Shown: positions 36,163 to 48,200, numbered from the stretch's first letter. The stretch is DNA of 64,000 bases from Desulfatiglandales bacterium (GCA_963667015.2 CAXXJJ010000001.1:1696001-1760000), one strand, 5' to 3'. The notes: a model not told the origin generated them from the letters alone. Made by a program: numbers and translations.

Positions 36163-37161
36163 TTATTCAGCAATCTTTGCGACTATTACATCTCTTTCTT
36201 TTATAACCCTGTCCACCCTGTGGGCCATATTCTCATATTTCCCGCCTTCAAGGACCCTGATTTTTCCTTTGTCCCTTAAAAGGTATATCATCTGCCTTCT
36301 TTTAAAGCGGGATGAGTCCCAGGACATCACAATTGTCCCTCCCGGAAGTACAAGGGAAGCCCATACCGGAATGGCACTGGCTAAAAGATCTTCTATCGGA
36401 CCGCCATGCTGAATACCGTAGGGAAGGTCGGTTACAATGCAATGAGGTTTTTTTATTCCGGAGATAAGGTCTGCCGAATCAGCTGTGTCACCGTTTACCA
36501 TGAGGCATCTTTGCCTGTTTTTTCCAATGGTAAACCAGTATTTTTTAATAGATTTTTTAAGTCTTTCTTCCTTAAATACACATGGAATTTTCTGTTCCTT
36601 TGTGTATTGTTTCAGGAAGGTTGCAGTAGATTGAATGTCCTTGGAGCTTTTTTCAACTCCAACGGTTTCTGCTCCCAGATACAGGGCAGTAAAAAGGGTT
36701 GTGCCGCCACCTGACAGGGGATCGAATATTCTTAGATCATTCCATCTGTAACCGGAAAAGTCGCTGCTGTATCTCGCAATATTGCACAAAAAGTGTGTAA
36801 ACATCTCGTTGGTTTTGCCCTTGTATCTGCGTGTCATCAGAAAGTCATAGGGAAGTGAATGATGCTCAGGCACCTCTATGGGCTTGAGAAAAGGGCCGCT
36901 GATTGATCCTAATTGTTCATAATAGTAAAAAAAAACGCTTATCATGGACAGGTTTTCAAGCTCATACAGGGCCTGGTCGCCCATAGCGTCATCATGGATT
37001 GAGAATTTCAGATATTCCTGACGGCCCAGTTTGACTGGTTCGATAGCTGATATGGCTTGCCCCATGGGGCTCAGGCTGATTTCTGCCGGGGCAAGTATGC
37101 TGGCAATATTACTGTACTGAGTGCTTCTCTGCGGGGATATTTGGGCCAGAATATCGGGCAT
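36163..37161 (-). CDS. TRM11-like SAM-dependent methyltransferase
   Basis: RYKGKTNE, FDPLSGGGTTL (motif I), VTDLPYGIQH (motif IV); start moved to ATG 37161. Confidence 0.75.
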   Translation of the reverse strand: MPDILAQISPQRSTQYSNIASILAPAEISLSPMGQAISAIEPVKLGRQEYLKFSIHDDAMGDQALYELENLSMISVFFYYYEQLGSISGPFLKPIEVPEHHSLPYDFLMTRRYKGKTNEMFTHFLCNIARYSSDFSGYRWNDLRIFDPLSGGGTTLFTALYLGAETVGVEKSSKDIQSTATFLKQYTKEQKIPCVFKEERLKKSIKKYWFTIGKNRQRCLMVNGDTADSADLISGIKKPHCIVTDLPYGIQHGGPIEDLLASAIPVWASLVLPGGTIVMSWDSSRFKRRQMIYLLRDKGKIRVLEGGKYENMAHRVDRVIKERDVIVAKIAE

Positions 37162-37186
37162 ATTTGTTCTGATTCGGATAAAAGAT

Positions 37187-37924
37187 CTATTTATTTTCAG
37201 GTTTTTCTTTAACCCAGAATACCTTTTTACCGAAAAGACCAAATTTAATCCATTCAAATGCGAATTTCAGAAGATCGGTATCACTGTTCCTGATTTTATC
37301 CAGTATATCCTCTTCAACCTCAAGTCTGTCAAGAAATGTGCTTTCAAAGACAAATTTTCGGAATTTATCTATATTATAGAGTGACATGAATATCATCTGC
37401 TGGATCTGGGGATTTTCAATGCCAAGTTTTACGGATTGCATCTGTATGGTGAGGCTGGAGAGAAATTCATTCAGTTCATCATATTCTTCCACTTCCTGGG
37501 TATGAAGCCAGTCAATTACCTTATTGGTGTTATCTTCCTCAAGCCCTTTACATCTGGCAGAATCGGTTATCAGACTGTAGGTTCCGTCATCATTCATGGT
37601 CAATGGATACATTCTGCATGGCCATGGCCTGTCATTGTAGATTTTACATCCCTTTTCCGTGGTTACAAACGGGCATCGTTTGTCGTCTTCATTTAACTTC
37701 AAAATGACAACAGGAAGAAGTTTGCCCTCTTTGGGGACTATAATTGTATGTTTATCCAGAAATTCTTCTGAAGATATGCCAAGGCCGTTTTTCATCCTTA
37801 GGACATCATAGGGTGTCAGGATAATATTGATATCCTGGCAGCATTTGGTAAAACATGAAACCCCTGGATGACATCTGAATTGAAATGCATGTACCTCTTC
37901 AAATCTTTTTTTATTCTTGTCCAT
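37187..37924 (-). CDS. YkgJ-family cysteine cluster (CxxCxxCC-like) protein
   Basis: FRCHPGVSCFTKCC, LTPYDVLR, CPF...GCKIYNDRPWPCRMYP. Confidence 0.85.
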   Translation of the reverse strand: MDKNKKRFEEVHAFQFRCHPGVSCFTKCCQDINIILTPYDVLRMKNGLGISSEEFLDKHTIIVPKEGKLLPVVILKLNEDDKRCPFVTTEKGCKIYNDRPWPCRMYPLTMNDDGTYSLITDSARCKGLEEDNTNKVIDWLHTQEVEEYDELNEFLSSLTIQMQSVKLGIENPQIQQMIFMSLYNIDKFRKFVFESTFLDRLEVEEDILDKIRNSDTDLLKFAFEWIKFGLFGKKVFWVKEKPENK

Positions 37925-38088
37925 TATTAATATAATCCTTTCAACCAGTCAGATATTGGAAAAGATTTATTCTGTTTCCTTAAAAAAAACTTGACTGATG
38001 TGCGTTCTTAGTCTTTATAGGTGGCTTCTATAACAATTAAAAGTTACAATGGTCAATTAAAATAGAATACAGGAGGGAAATTTATTAA

Positions 38089-38511
38089 ATGAAAGAACGA
38101 ACATTTTCAATTGTAAAGCCTGATGGGGTTGCCAAAAACCTGATAGGCGAGGTAATTCGCCGGATAGAAGCAAAAGATTTAAAGGTAGTAGCTGCAAAAA
38201 TGATTTCCATGACAAAAGATCAGGCTGCAGGTTTTTATGCCGTGCATGAAGGAAAACCTTTTTTTGACAGCGTTACGAATTTTATGTCTTCAGGGCCATG
38301 CATGGTAATGGTTCTTGAAGGTGAAAATGCCATATCCTCATACCGGGAGTTAATGGGGGCAACAAATAAGGATGATGCTGCTGAAGGCACAATAAGAAGA
38401 GACTATGCAACCGATATAGAAAAAAATGTTGTACATGGATCAGACTCGCCTGAAACCGCTGCATTTGAGATTGGCTACTTTTTTAACAGCCTCGAAATCC
38501 AGAAAAGGTAA
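38089..38511 (+). CDS. ndk: Nucleoside diphosphate kinase
   Basis: [20 protein letters not shown]. Confidence 0.98.
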   Translation: MKERTFSIVKPDGVAKNLIGEVIRRIEAKDLKVVAAKMISMTKDQAAGFYAVHEGKPFFDSVTNFMSSGPCMVMVLEGENAISSYRELMGATNKDDAAEGTIRRDYATDIEKNVVHGSDSPETAAFEIGYFFNSLEIQKR

Positions 38512-38525
38512 GATCAGCCAAGTTT

Positions 38526-38561
38526 AATCAGGAGACCTGTATGTTGGCAAGTCTCCTGATT
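38526..38561. terminator. Inverted repeat between convergent genes (likely terminator)
   Basis: AATCAGGAGAC...GTCTCCTGATT, 11-bp perfect stem. Confidence 0.6.
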
Positions 38562-38612
38562 GATATGATTTGAGTATTATAGGTGAAGCAGGAATGCTGG
38601 TTCATCAGCCTG

Positions 38613-38903
38613 TTATTCGTTTTCACTAGTGCTCGAAGTTTCTTTGTCTCCCTTGAGAGTCCGGAGTTCTTCCTTGAGGCTTTCAACTTCATTTTTTAAC
38701 TCAGTCTTTTCTTCATCTGTGCTGTCGTCCGGGGTGGTTTTATCCTTGATCTCTTCATATCCGAGATAGGCAGCAAGGGCACCTCCAAGGATAAAAATTA
38801 TTGGAAGTATTCCTTTAACAACTTCCCAGAATGAACAGCGCCATGCAAAAAGAAAAATAAGACCTAAAAGAGCAGCAATTATTCCACCGATCAGTGATGC
38901 CAT
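38613..38903 (-). CDS. Small two-TM membrane protein with coiled-coil tail
   Basis: ATG 38903 after AAGGAGG; two hydrophobic helices then an E/K-rich heptad region. Confidence 0.75.
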   Translation of the reverse strand: MASLIGGIIAALLGLIFLFAWRCSFWEVVKGILPIIFILGGALAAYLGYEEIKDKTTPDDSTDEEKTELKNEVESLKEELRTLKGDKETSSTSENE

Positions 38904-39545
38904 GATAGTTTCCTCCTTCAATAATTCCAAGTAGTTATGTTAAAACACGATAATTTATAGCATATTATAAAAAAGGCATCAATATATTAATATATTAGAA
39001 CCATATTAATAAGCATGATAATTAATAATTTCCCTGAAGTAAAAAATGCAAGATATTTCATAATTTTATTGCATTTTTTAAAGATTGAATATAGAAGGAC
39101 CTTTAAAAATATTATGAGAAAATAGTAAATAATGTTTTTAAAAATGTTTTATGGATATAAGTTCCTGTAAATTTAACTCGGGAATATTTAATCCAGTAAT
39201 AACGGGCTTTTAGCTATATATCTCTATCTACTATCATATGAATGCATATAGCATTGAGTAATATTAATTAGTTGTGACGCTGCTGATATTCCGAGTTTTT
39301 TTATATCTCTAGCCTTATATATAATAGCTAACCTTTTGCCTCATAAAACATTTCCATTTATTATTTTGAATCGTGATGTTGATAAATATGTAAAAGGATC
39401 ATTTTTTGTTAATTTAAAGAAAATCGATGAAAAATAGAGAATATCGTCAGAATAATTTGTTAAAAGCTAATTATCAGTAAATGCTGGCATTGAAATATTT
39501 TTAATATATCCTTATTCTCAAAAATTCATTTTTTTCATGATGTAT

Positions 39546-39618
39546 GCCAGCATAGCTCAGATGGTAGAGCAACTGATTTGTAATCAGTGGGTCGGGGGTT
39601 CGATTCCCTCTGCTGGCT
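39546..39618 (+). tRNA. tRNA-Thr(TGT)
   Basis: Cloverleaf, anticodon arm CTGAT-TTGTAA-TCAG, GTTCGA T-loop; followed by TCA rather than CCA. Confidence 0.95.
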
Positions 39619-39637
39619 TCATAGAGGGATACAAAAT

Positions 39638-39722
39638 GGAGAGGTTCCCGAGTGGTCAAAGGGAGCAGACTGTAAATCTGCCGGCTAAGCCTTCGGAGGT
39701 TCAAATCCTCCCCTCTCCACCA
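39638..39722 (+). tRNA. tRNA-Tyr(GTA)
   Basis: GCAGA-CTGTAAA-TCTGC anticodon arm, long variable arm, CCA end. Confidence 0.96.
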
Positions 39723-39758
39723 CATAATAACTGAAGCAGAGTATCTCTTTTTTAATGG

Positions 39759-39835
39759 GCGGGAATAGCTCAGTTGGCTAGAGCGTCAGCCTTCCAAGCT
39801 GAGGGTCGCGGGTTCGAATCCCGTTTCCCGCTCCA
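39759..39835 (+). tRNA. tRNA-Gly(TCC)
   Basis: TCAGC-CTTCCAA-GCTGA anticodon arm, CCA end. Confidence 0.96.
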
Positions 39836-39875
39836 TCTTTTTTAGGATTATTGAATAAGCTTTTTTTAGCTATTC

Positions 39876-39949
39876 GCCCACGTAGCTCAGTAGGTAGAGC
39901 ACATCCTTGGTAAGGATGAGGTTCACCGGTTCGATCCCGGTCGTGGGCT
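39876..39949 (+). tRNA. tRNA-Thr(GGT)
   Basis: ATCCT-TGGTA-AGGAT anticodon arm; followed by TCA rather than CCA. Confidence 0.95.
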
Positions 39950-40016
39950 TCATAAATTGATAAGTAGGAAAACAGGTTAGTTTACATTTGAGTTTTTACT
40001 CTACAGGGGGATAGCG

Positions 40017-41210
40017 ATGTCTAAACAAAAATTTGAAAGGACTAAGCCACACGTAAACGTTGGAACAATCGGTCATATAGACCATGGAAAGACGACACTT
40101 ACGGCTGCGATAACAAAGCTGATGGCCATGAAGGGTGGTGCTGAATTTGTACCCTTTGATTCAATAGACAAGGCACCGGAAGAAAAGGCCAGAGGAATAA
40201 CAATAGCGACAGCGCATGTTGAATACCAGACAGAAAACAGGCATTATGCACATGTTGATTGTCCTGGTCATGCTGACTATATAAAGAACATGATAACAGG
40301 AGCCGCCCAGATGGACGGAGCGATTCTTGTAGTTGGCGCAGACGATGGTCCAATGCCGCAGACAAGAGAGCATATCCTTCTAGCCCGTCAGGTTGGTGTA
40401 CCAAACATGGTTGTATTTTTGAATAAATGCGACATGGTTGATGATGAAGAGCTTATCGAACTTGTAGAACTTGAACTCAGAGAGCTTTTGAGCAAATACG
40501 AGTTTGACGGTGACAATATCACGATCGTTAGAGGTAGCGCATTAAAGGCCCTCGAATGTGAGAGTGCAGACGATGAAGCGGCAAAGCCGATATATGAGCT
40601 GATGGATGCGATCGATAATGATATTCCGGAGCCTGTAAGAGAGACAGATAAACCCTTCCTGATGCCGGTAGAAGATGTATTCAGCATAAGCGGTCGTGGA
40701 ACAGTTGTGACCGGCAGGATAGAAAGAGGAATGGTCAAGGTTGGTGAGGAAGTAGAGATCGTAGGAATCAGAGATACCACCAAGACAGTATGTACAGGTG
40801 TTGAAATGTTCAGGAAGATCCTTGATCAGGGTCAGGCAGGAGACAATGTAGGACTTCTGTTAAGAGGAACCAAGAGAGAGGATGTAGAACGCGGTCAGGT
40901 AGTAGCAGCACCCAAGTCAATTACCCCGCATACGAAATTCAAGGCAGAGGCATATATCCTTACAAAAGAGGAAGGCGGAAGGCATACCCCGTTTTTTAAT
41001 GGATACAGACCTCAGTTTTATTTCAGAACCACCGACGTAACAGGTGTCGTGTCATTACCAGAGGGCGTAGAGATGGTAATGCCCGGAGACAGTGTTTCAA
41101 TAGAAGGTGCATTGATAACCCCGATAGCAATGGAAAAGGAACTCCGCTTTGCTATTCGTGAAGGTGGCCGTACAGTAGGCGCCGGCGTTATCCATGAAAT
41201 AGTTGAATAG
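40017..41210 (+). CDS. tuf: Elongation factor Tu (copy after the tRNA cluster)
   Basis: [26 protein letters not shown]. Confidence 0.99.
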   Translation: MSKQKFERTKPHVNVGTIGHIDHGKTTLTAAITKLMAMKGGAEFVPFDSIDKAPEEKARGITIATAHVEYQTENRHYAHVDCPGHADYIKNMITGAAQMDGAILVVGADDGPMPQTREHILLARQVGVPNMVVFLNKCDMVDDEELIELVELELRELLSKYEFDGDNITIVRGSALKALECESADDEAAKPIYELMDAIDNDIPEPVRETDKPFLMPVEDVFSISGRGTVVTGRIERGMVKVGEEVEIVGIRDTTKTVCTGVEMFRKILDQGQAGDNVGLLLRGTKREDVERGQVVAAPKSITPHTKFKAEAYILTKEEGGRHTPFFNGYRPQFYFRTTDVTGVVSLPEGVEMVMPGDSVSIEGALITPIAMEKELRFAIREGGRTVGAGVIHEIVE

Positions 41211-41258
41211 GGGAAATTAATAATCTACCTGGATGTATTATCAAGGGAGAATTTTTAA

Positions 41259-41408
41259 ATGAGAGATATTATTACATTAGCCTGTGAGCAGTGCAAAAAC
41301 AGGAATTATACGACAACAAAAAATAAGAAGAAGACACCGGATAAGCTGAATTTTAAGAAATTTTGCCCTTTTTGCCGGTTACATACTAACCACAAGGAGA
41401 CAAAATAA
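41259..41408 (+). CDS. rpmG: 50S ribosomal protein L33 (Zn-binding form); not in ORF track
   Basis: [49 protein letters not shown]. Confidence 0.96.
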   Translation: MRDIITLACEQCKNRNYTTTKNKKKTPDKLNFKKFCPFCRLHTNHKETK

Positions 41409-41515
41409 GCCTGTCAGGGTTAGAATTGTAAATAATCTGTAACGAATTATGAAGTCAATTTGCTGTTGAAAAATATTGATAATAGCTGACATCACGAGTT
41501 CCAGTTCATGACTGC

Positions 41516-41592
41516 AGGCCAGTAGCTCTAACGGCTAGAGCACCGGACTCCAAATCCGGGTGATGGGGGTTCGAATCCCTCCTGGCCTGCCA
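41516..41592 (+). tRNA. tRNA-Trp(CCA)
   Basis: CCGGA-CTCCAAA-TCCGG anticodon arm, CCA end, canonical rpmG-trnW-secE position. Confidence 0.95.
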
Positions 41593-41637
41593 TTTATGTT
41601 TATTAAATAAGGATGTTAAAATTTCTCTCGGTACAAA

Positions 41638-42006
41638 ATGAACGGTAATAATAAAAATTATACAAAAGGTACAAAGAAGACGAAAAAGAGCTTGACTGAT
41701 AATAATTCCAAGTCAGATACTGTTTCCAATGGAAACTCGAAGGTCAAGAAAAAAAGTCAGCAATTGCCGGCAAAAAAGGCATCCGAAAGCAAATCAAAAA
41801 AACAGGTGCAGAAACCTAATATATTTCAAATATCTGCACAGTTTTTAAGGGATGCCAGAACCGAATTGAGAAAGGTGAAATGGCCTACAAAAAAAGAGCT
41901 AATAGCATCAACAATTATGGTAATAGTTCTTGTTTTATTTGTAGCGCTTTATCTTGGATTGGTGGACATCGGCCTTACTAATATTATTAAAAGAATTGTA
42001 GGTTAA
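41638..42006 (+). CDS. secE: Preprotein translocase subunit SecE
   Basis: FLRDARTELRKVKWPTKKE + single TM; position before nusG. Confidence 0.93.
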   Translation: MNGNNKNYTKGTKKTKKSLTDNNSKSDTVSNGNSKVKKKSQQLPAKKASESKSKKQVQKPNIFQISAQFLRDARTELRKVKWPTKKELIASTIMVIVLVLFVALYLGLVDIGLTNIIKRIVG

Positions 42007-42021
42007 CCTCAGAGAAATAAT

Positions 42022-42570
42022 ATGGATGAAGAAAACAAGGTTGAATTGAAGTGGTATATAGTTCACACCTATTCAGGATTTGAGAATAAGGTAAAGCTGA
42101 ATCTTGAGGAGAGGGTAAAAACCCTTAAACAGGAAGAATTTTTTGGTCAGGTTCTTGTACCGACAGAACAGGTTGTTGAATTAAAGAAAGGCCAGAAAAA
42201 GACATCTTCCAGGAAGTTTTACCCCGGATATATCATGGTTCAGATGGCCCTGAATAAAGAAACCTGGCATACTGTTCGAAATACTGCTAAAGTAACAGGT
42301 TTTCTAGGTGGAGGCAGCGAGCCTTATCCTGTTCCGGATGAGGAAGCAGAGAGAATCATCCGCCAGATGCAGGAAGGCATAACAAAACCTAAACCCAGAT
42401 ACTCCTTTGAAGAGGGTGATGAAATAAGGGTGGTGGATGGGCCGTTTAGCAATTTTCAGGGAACAGTTGAAGAAGTAAAACCGGATAAAGAGAAACTCAG
42501 GGTATTAATAACAATATTCGGGCGGGCTACTCCGGTTGAATTGGATTTTATACAAGTTAATAAGATATAA
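42022..42570 (+). CDS. nusG: Transcription termination/antitermination factor NusG
   Basis: [36 protein letters not shown]. Confidence 0.98.
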   Translation: MDEENKVELKWYIVHTYSGFENKVKLNLEERVKTLKQEEFFGQVLVPTEQVVELKKGQKKTSSRKFYPGYIMVQMALNKETWHTVRNTAKVTGFLGGGSEPYPVPDEEAERIIRQMQEGITKPKPRYSFEEGDEIRVVDGPFSNFQGTVEEVKPDKEKLRVLITIFGRATPVELDFIQVNKI

Positions 42571-42580
42571 GAGGATTCAA

Positions 42581-43006
42581 ATGGCTAAGAAAATTATAGG
42601 TAGTGTTAAATTGCAGGTAAAAGGAGGACAGGCAAATCCTTCTCCACCGATAGGTCCGGCACTCGGGCAGCATGGTGTAAATATAGCCGAATTCTGCAAG
42701 GCATTTAATGCCAGGACTCAGGACAAAATGGGAACCGTTATTCCCGTTATAATAACCATTTATGCTGACAGAACCTTTTCATTTATCACAAAGACACCAC
42801 CGGCCTCTGTTTTACTAAAACAGGCTGCCAAGATAGCCAAAGGTTCTGGTGAACCCAACAAAGAAAAGGTTGGCGAAGTCAGTAAAAAACAGGTTGAAGA
42901 GATTGCTAAGACAAAATTTGAGGATTTAAACGCATTTAATATGGCAAGTGCGATGAAAATTATTGAAGGTACTGCTAGAAGCATGGGATTAAAAGTAACT
43001 CAATAA
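42581..43006 (+). CDS. rplK: 50S ribosomal protein L11
   Basis: MAKKI...[15 protein letters not shown]; start moved to ATG 42581. Confidence 0.98.
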   Translation: MAKKIIGSVKLQVKGGQANPSPPIGPALGQHGVNIAEFCKAFNARTQDKMGTVIPVIITIYADRTFSFITKTPPASVLLKQAAKIAKGSGEPNKEKVGEVSKKQVEEIAKTKFEDLNAFNMASAMKIIEGTARSMGLKVTQ

Positions 43007-43061
43007 TTATATTTGATAATTTATTATCAGTTTAAATTAGTTTAAATTAGAGAGAAATAAA

Positions 43062-43772
43062 ATGCCTAAAAGAGGAAAAAAATATAAATCAGTTGCCGTA
43101 AAAGTGGACAGACTTAATAAATATAACTTTTCTGAAGCCATACAGCTTGCGCTGGATTGCACAGTTGCAAAATTCGATGAAACAGTTGATATTGCTGTAA
43201 AACTGGGAGTCGATCCCAGACATGCCGATCAGATGGTCCGCAGTACAGTTGCGCTTCCCCATGGAGTTGGGAAAACAGTAAGGGTACTTGTTTTTGCAAA
43301 AGGGGAAAAGGAAAAGGAAGCACTTGACGCAGGTGCCGATTTTGCAGGATCTGATGATTTAATTGAAAAGATTCAGGGCGGATGGCTCGAATTTGATAAG
43401 ACGATTGCTACTCCAGACATGATGGGTACAGTAAGTAAACTTGGCCGGGTGCTTGGTCCAAGGGGTATGATGCCCAATGCCAAACTTGGTACGGTTACCT
43501 TTGATGTCGGAAAGGCTGTTGAAGAGATAAAGGCCGGTAAAATAGAGTTCAGGGTTGAAAAGGCCGGTATTGTTCATGCTCCCATGGGCAAAGTCTCTTT
43601 TGGAGTGGAAAAGCTTACAGATAACATAAGCGCTTTTATGGATACTATTATCAGGCTCAAACCCCCAGCTGCTAAAGGCACCTATCTCAAAAGCATTGCC
43701 ATATCAACAACTATGGGTCCGGGAGTTAAAGTAGATCCTCTTTTAACAAAGGAGTTGTTCAGCAGACAATAG
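43062..43772 (+). CDS. rplA: 50S ribosomal protein L1
   Basis: [33 protein letters not shown]. Confidence 0.98.
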   Translation: MPKRGKKYKSVAVKVDRLNKYNFSEAIQLALDCTVAKFDETVDIAVKLGVDPRHADQMVRSTVALPHGVGKTVRVLVFAKGEKEKEALDAGADFAGSDDLIEKIQGGWLEFDKTIATPDMMGTVSKLGRVLGPRGMMPNAKLGTVTFDVGKAVEEIKAGKIEFRVEKAGIVHAPMGKVSFGVEKLTDNISAFMDTIIRLKPPAAKGTYLKSIAISTTMGPGVKVDPLLTKELFSRQ

Positions 43773-44021
43773 CTGTTCGATTAACAGTCAGGTAGAGTTA
43801 ATATGTTCTGTTTCCTCTTTTGAAGGTTTACTGACTTCTGGGTTTAGAGTTTCCAGTGTGTTTGTATATTAGCTGTACTTTCAGATATTGCTGATTGGTA
43901 ATTATTTAAAAAGGGAATAAATATAAAGCAATAATTGAACAAAAAAAATTATCATTTTAAATCCACTCAATGATCGCTGGTAATCATGCCATTTGCGATC
44001 ATGTGTGGTTTAAGTGATTAT

Positions 44022-44094
44022 ATAGTCAAAGACAGTGGGTGCAATGACATTAATAGTGTGTCATATGCTTAAATATTTAGCCTGCCCAGACTAT
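44022..44094 (+). promoter_or_regulatory. Ribosomal protein L10 leader (autoregulatory RNA)
   Basis: ATAGTC-AAAGACAGTGGG...GCTTAA...CCTGCCCA-GACTAT stem upstream of rplJ, matching L10-leader layout. Confidence 0.7.
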
Positions 44095-44170
44095 GCTATC
44101 GGCTTCTCTCCTAACAGCATACCCCTGTTTTTGACCCAAATAATGTCAGAACAGGAGGAGGTGATAATAA

Positions 44171-44704
44171 TTGGATAAAGACACTAAAAAGGCTTTTATC
44201 GATCAGATGAACCAACGGTTGAAAAAGGCTCAGGCGACATATGTAGTTGACTATCAGGGCCTTGACGTAGAATCTATGAACAAGATCAGAAATGAACTCA
44301 GAAAGATCAACGCGGAATTCTATGTTGTAAAAAACAGGCTTTTAAAACTTGCGAGTAAAGATACTGACAGTGAATCAATTGCGGACCAGTTTGTTGGCCC
44401 CTGTGCCCTGGCCGTGACATATGATGATGTGGTTGCTCCGGCAAAGGTTCTTGTTGATCTGGAAAAAGATCTTGCCAAACTTGATATTAAAGTCGGCCAG
44501 ACATCCGGAAAAATAATGGATGTAGATGGCATTAAGAGACTGGCAAAACTTCCCGGAAGAGAGCAGTTGCTTGCTCAGGTGCTTTCTGCTATGCAGGCGG
44601 TCCCGACTTCATTCGTCAGGGTTACAAATGGCGTACTTGGCAACTTCATGAACGTCTTAAAAGCAATCGAGACCGCCAAACAGGAAGGTCAGGCGGCTTC
44701 ATAA
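44171..44704 (+). CDS. rplJ: 50S ribosomal protein L10
   Basis: TTG start after AGGAGGTG; VDYQGL, VVKNRL, LAKLPGRE. Confidence 0.96.
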   Translation: MDKDTKKAFIDQMNQRLKKAQATYVVDYQGLDVESMNKIRNELRKINAEFYVVKNRLLKLASKDTDSESIADQFVGPCALAVTYDDVVAPAKVLVDLEKDLAKLDIKVGQTSGKIMDVDGIKRLAKLPGREQLLAQVLSAMQAVPTSFVRVTNGVLGNFMNVLKAIETAKQEGQAAS

Positions 44705-44750
44705 ACTAATTAAAATACAAAAGAAATATATTTAGGAGGACAAATATAAA

Positions 44751-45131
44751 ATGGCCGATATTACAAAAGATGATGTAGTAGAATTCATAGCAAATATGAC
44801 AGTGTTGGAACTTTCAGAATTCGTTAAGGAACTGGAAGAAAAGTTTGGTGTAAGCGCAGCAGCCCCTGTTGCCATGATGGCCGCCGCTCCGGCAGAGCAG
44901 GCAGCAGCAGCAGAAGAACAGACAGAGTTTAATGTTATTCTTACTGCTACCGGTGATCAGAAGATACAGGTTATCAAGGAAGTTCGTGCTATCACAGGTT
45001 TAGGTCTCAAAGAGGCAAAAGCCCTTGTTGACGGCGTACCCGCTGCGGTTAAAGAGGCTATCCCGATGGATGAGGCCAATGGCATTAAAAAACAGCTTGA
45101 AGATGTTGGTGCAAGCGTAGAAATTAAGTAA
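44751..45131 (+). CDS. rplL: 50S ribosomal protein L7/L12
   Basis: [27 protein letters not shown]. Confidence 0.98.
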   Translation: MADITKDDVVEFIANMTVLELSEFVKELEEKFGVSAAAPVAMMAAAPAEQAAAAEEQTEFNVILTATGDQKIQVIKEVRAITGLGLKEAKALVDGVPAAVKEAIPMDEANGIKKQLEDVGASVEIK

Positions 45132-45255
45132 TTATATTATTTAGCTGATCTCCTGAGGCAACTCAGGAAAACAAATGACTGGATCTTTATAACAATTTAC
45201 TACTTAGATGTTTATAAAAGAATAATAGTTTTAACAACATAAACAGGGAGATCCC

Positions 45256-48200
45256 ATGAAAGAAATGAATGGTGTGAGGCGTCGCGTAAGAAGGAATTTT
45301 GGTAAAATAGGTAAAACTATTGATATTCCGAATCTTATTGAAGTACAGAAGCACTCATATGAACGTTTCCTGCAAAAGGATATACAGCCCGAGGATCGTG
45401 AAGATACAGGTCTCCAGAGCCCTTTTAAAAGCGTATTCCCAATCCAGGATTTCAGCGGTACATCATCGCTGGAATTTGTAAAATACTCTTTTGAGCCTGC
45501 CAAATATGATGAAACGGAATGTCTAAGCAAGGGAATGACATATGAAGCCCCTTTAAGACTGACTGCCCGTCTGCTGGTTTTTGATACAGATGCTGAGAAC
45601 GGCACAAAGAGCATAAGAGACATCAAGGAACAGGAGATTTATTTCGGAACTATTCCAATGATGACCAGAAGAGGTACTTTTATTATAAACGGTACCGAAA
45701 GGGTTATTGTAAGTCAGCTTCACAGGTCTCCCGGTGTCTTTTTCGATCATGATAAAGGTAAAACCCATAGTAGTGGTAAATTGCTCTATTCAGCCAGAAT
45801 TATACCCCTCAGGGGATCATGGCTAGATTTTGAATTCGATCCAAAAGATTTGCTCCATGTCCGGATAGACAGGCGCAGAAAGTTTCCTGCAACCACATTT
45901 TTAAAGGCTCTTGGATATACAACAAGGGAGTTACTCGCTGAGTTTTATGATACTGAAATGATATATATCAGTGAGGAGGGATGTTTCAGGGACGTTAATT
46001 TTGAAAATCTCTACAGAAAAAGACTTACAAAAGACGTATCTTCTCCAAAGTCAAAGAAACTTATTGCAAAGGCCGGGGATAAGTATACAAAGCGTCTTCA
46101 TAAAATGTTTGAAACAGCCGGGATCGAAAAACTCCCCATAAATATTGAAGATGTTGAAGGGAAAATCCTTATTGATGATCTTATAGATGAAGAAACAGGA
46201 GAGGTGCTGATCTCAAGAAACCAGGCAATAACTGCTGAGAATCTTGAGGTTCTTCTGGAAAAGGGCATTAAACAGGTGGAATGCCTTGTGCTTGATGCAC
46301 CCGGTGTGAGCCCTACAATTCACGACACAATTCTTCTGGATAAGATTGATAATGCCGAAGAAGCAAAACTTGAAATATACAGGAAGATGAGGCCAAGCAG
46401 CCCTCCGACACAGGAAGTTGCCAATAATTTCTTCAACAATCTGTTTTTTAACCTGGCTTCTTTTGATCTCTCTACTGTTGGTCGCCTGAAATTAAACTAC
46501 AGGCTCAATCTTGATGATGTTCCAAATGATCTCAGAACCCTGAGGAAAGAAGACATTATCATTATTGTGAAGGAATTAATCAGACTTAAATATTCGGAAG
46601 CCTCTGTAGATGACATTGATAACCTCGGAAACAGACGTGTCAGGGCCGTTGGTGAGCTTCTGGAAAATCAGTATAGGATCGGTCTTGTCCGGATGGAGAG
46701 GGCAATAAAAGAAAGAATGAGTCTCCAGGAAGTTGAAACACTTATGCCCCACGATCTGATCAACTCCAAGCCTGTATCAGCAGTCGTAAAGGAGTTTTTC
46801 GGAACCAGTCAGCTTTCACAGTTTATGGATCAGACCAATCCTATGTCTGAAGTCACCCATAAAAGAAGGCTCAGTGCTCTGGGGCCCGGAGGTCTTACAC
46901 GTGAGAGAGCGGGCTTTGAGGTACGTGATGTGCATCCCACTCACTATGGTAGAATCTGCCCGATTGAAACACCTGAAGGCCCGAACATCGGTTTGATAGT
47001 CTCTCTCAGTACATTTGCGAGGGTCAATGAATATGGTTTTATCGAAACCCCATACAGACACGTTGAAGGTGGTAAAGTAAGCAAAGAGATTTCCTACCTT
47101 TCAGCTCTGGATGAAAGAGATTATCCCATTGCACAGGCAAATGCTCCTCTTAATAAAAATGGTGAATTTATAAACAAGGAGGCTGCCGTCAGAATTGAAG
47201 GTGAGGCAACGAAGGCCCCTGTTGATGAAATCAGATACATGGACGTCTCTCCTGACCAGCTGGTTAGTGTTTCTGCGAGCCTTATCCCTTTCCTGGAACA
47301 TGATGATGCCAACAGAGCGCTCATGGGATCCAACATGCAGAGGCAGGGTGTCCCATTGTTGAAGGCAAAGGCCCCGCTTGTCGGAACAGGCATTGAATGG
47401 GTTGTAGCAAAAGACTCCGGTGTAACGGTAGTTGCCGAACATGATGGTGTTATTGAAGATGTTGACTCTTCCAGAATTGTTATCAGGTCAACCGGTAACG
47501 ATGAAAAAGAAGAAGAGGTTAAAATTCATAAACTGGTTAAATATCAGAGATCAAACCAGAATACATGTTACAACCAGCGGCCTATAGTAAGAAAAGGCGA
47601 CCTCGTAGCAAAAGACCAGATAATAGCAGATGGTCCTGCCACAGAGATGGGTGAACTCGCACTGGGACAAAATGTAATGGTCGCGTTCATGTCATGGGGT
47701 GGCTATAATTTTGAAGATTCAATAATCGTGAGTGAGCGTGTCGTTAAGGAAGATATATATACATCAATTCATATAGAAGAATTCGAAGTAGTCTCCAGAG
47801 ATACGAAACTCGGCAAAGAAGAAATAACCAAGGATATTCCCAATGTAGGAGAAGAGGCACTCGGTAACCTGGATGAAAGCGGTATTATAAAAATCGGCGC
47901 TGAAGTTGAGGTTGGTGATATCCTTGTGGGTAAGATTACCCCAAAGGGTGAAACCCAGTTATCACCAGAAGAAAAACTGCTCAGGGCAATTTTCGGAGAC
48001 AAGGCCGGAGATGTAAAGGATACCTCCCTGAGAGTTCCACCCGGTGTTGAAGGTACTGTAATTGATGCAAAGGTATTTTCAAGAAGAGGCGTGGAGAAAG
48101 ATAAGCGCAGCCAGACTATTGAAAAGAAAGAAATCGAAAGGCTTGAAAAAGACAGGGCAGATGAAATCGAAATAGTCGAAAAAAGCGTGAAAAGAAGATT

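Noticed and set aside
39501..39734. ORFs overlapping the tRNA cluster on both strands
   Set aside because: Spurious translations of tRNA-Thr/Tyr genes.
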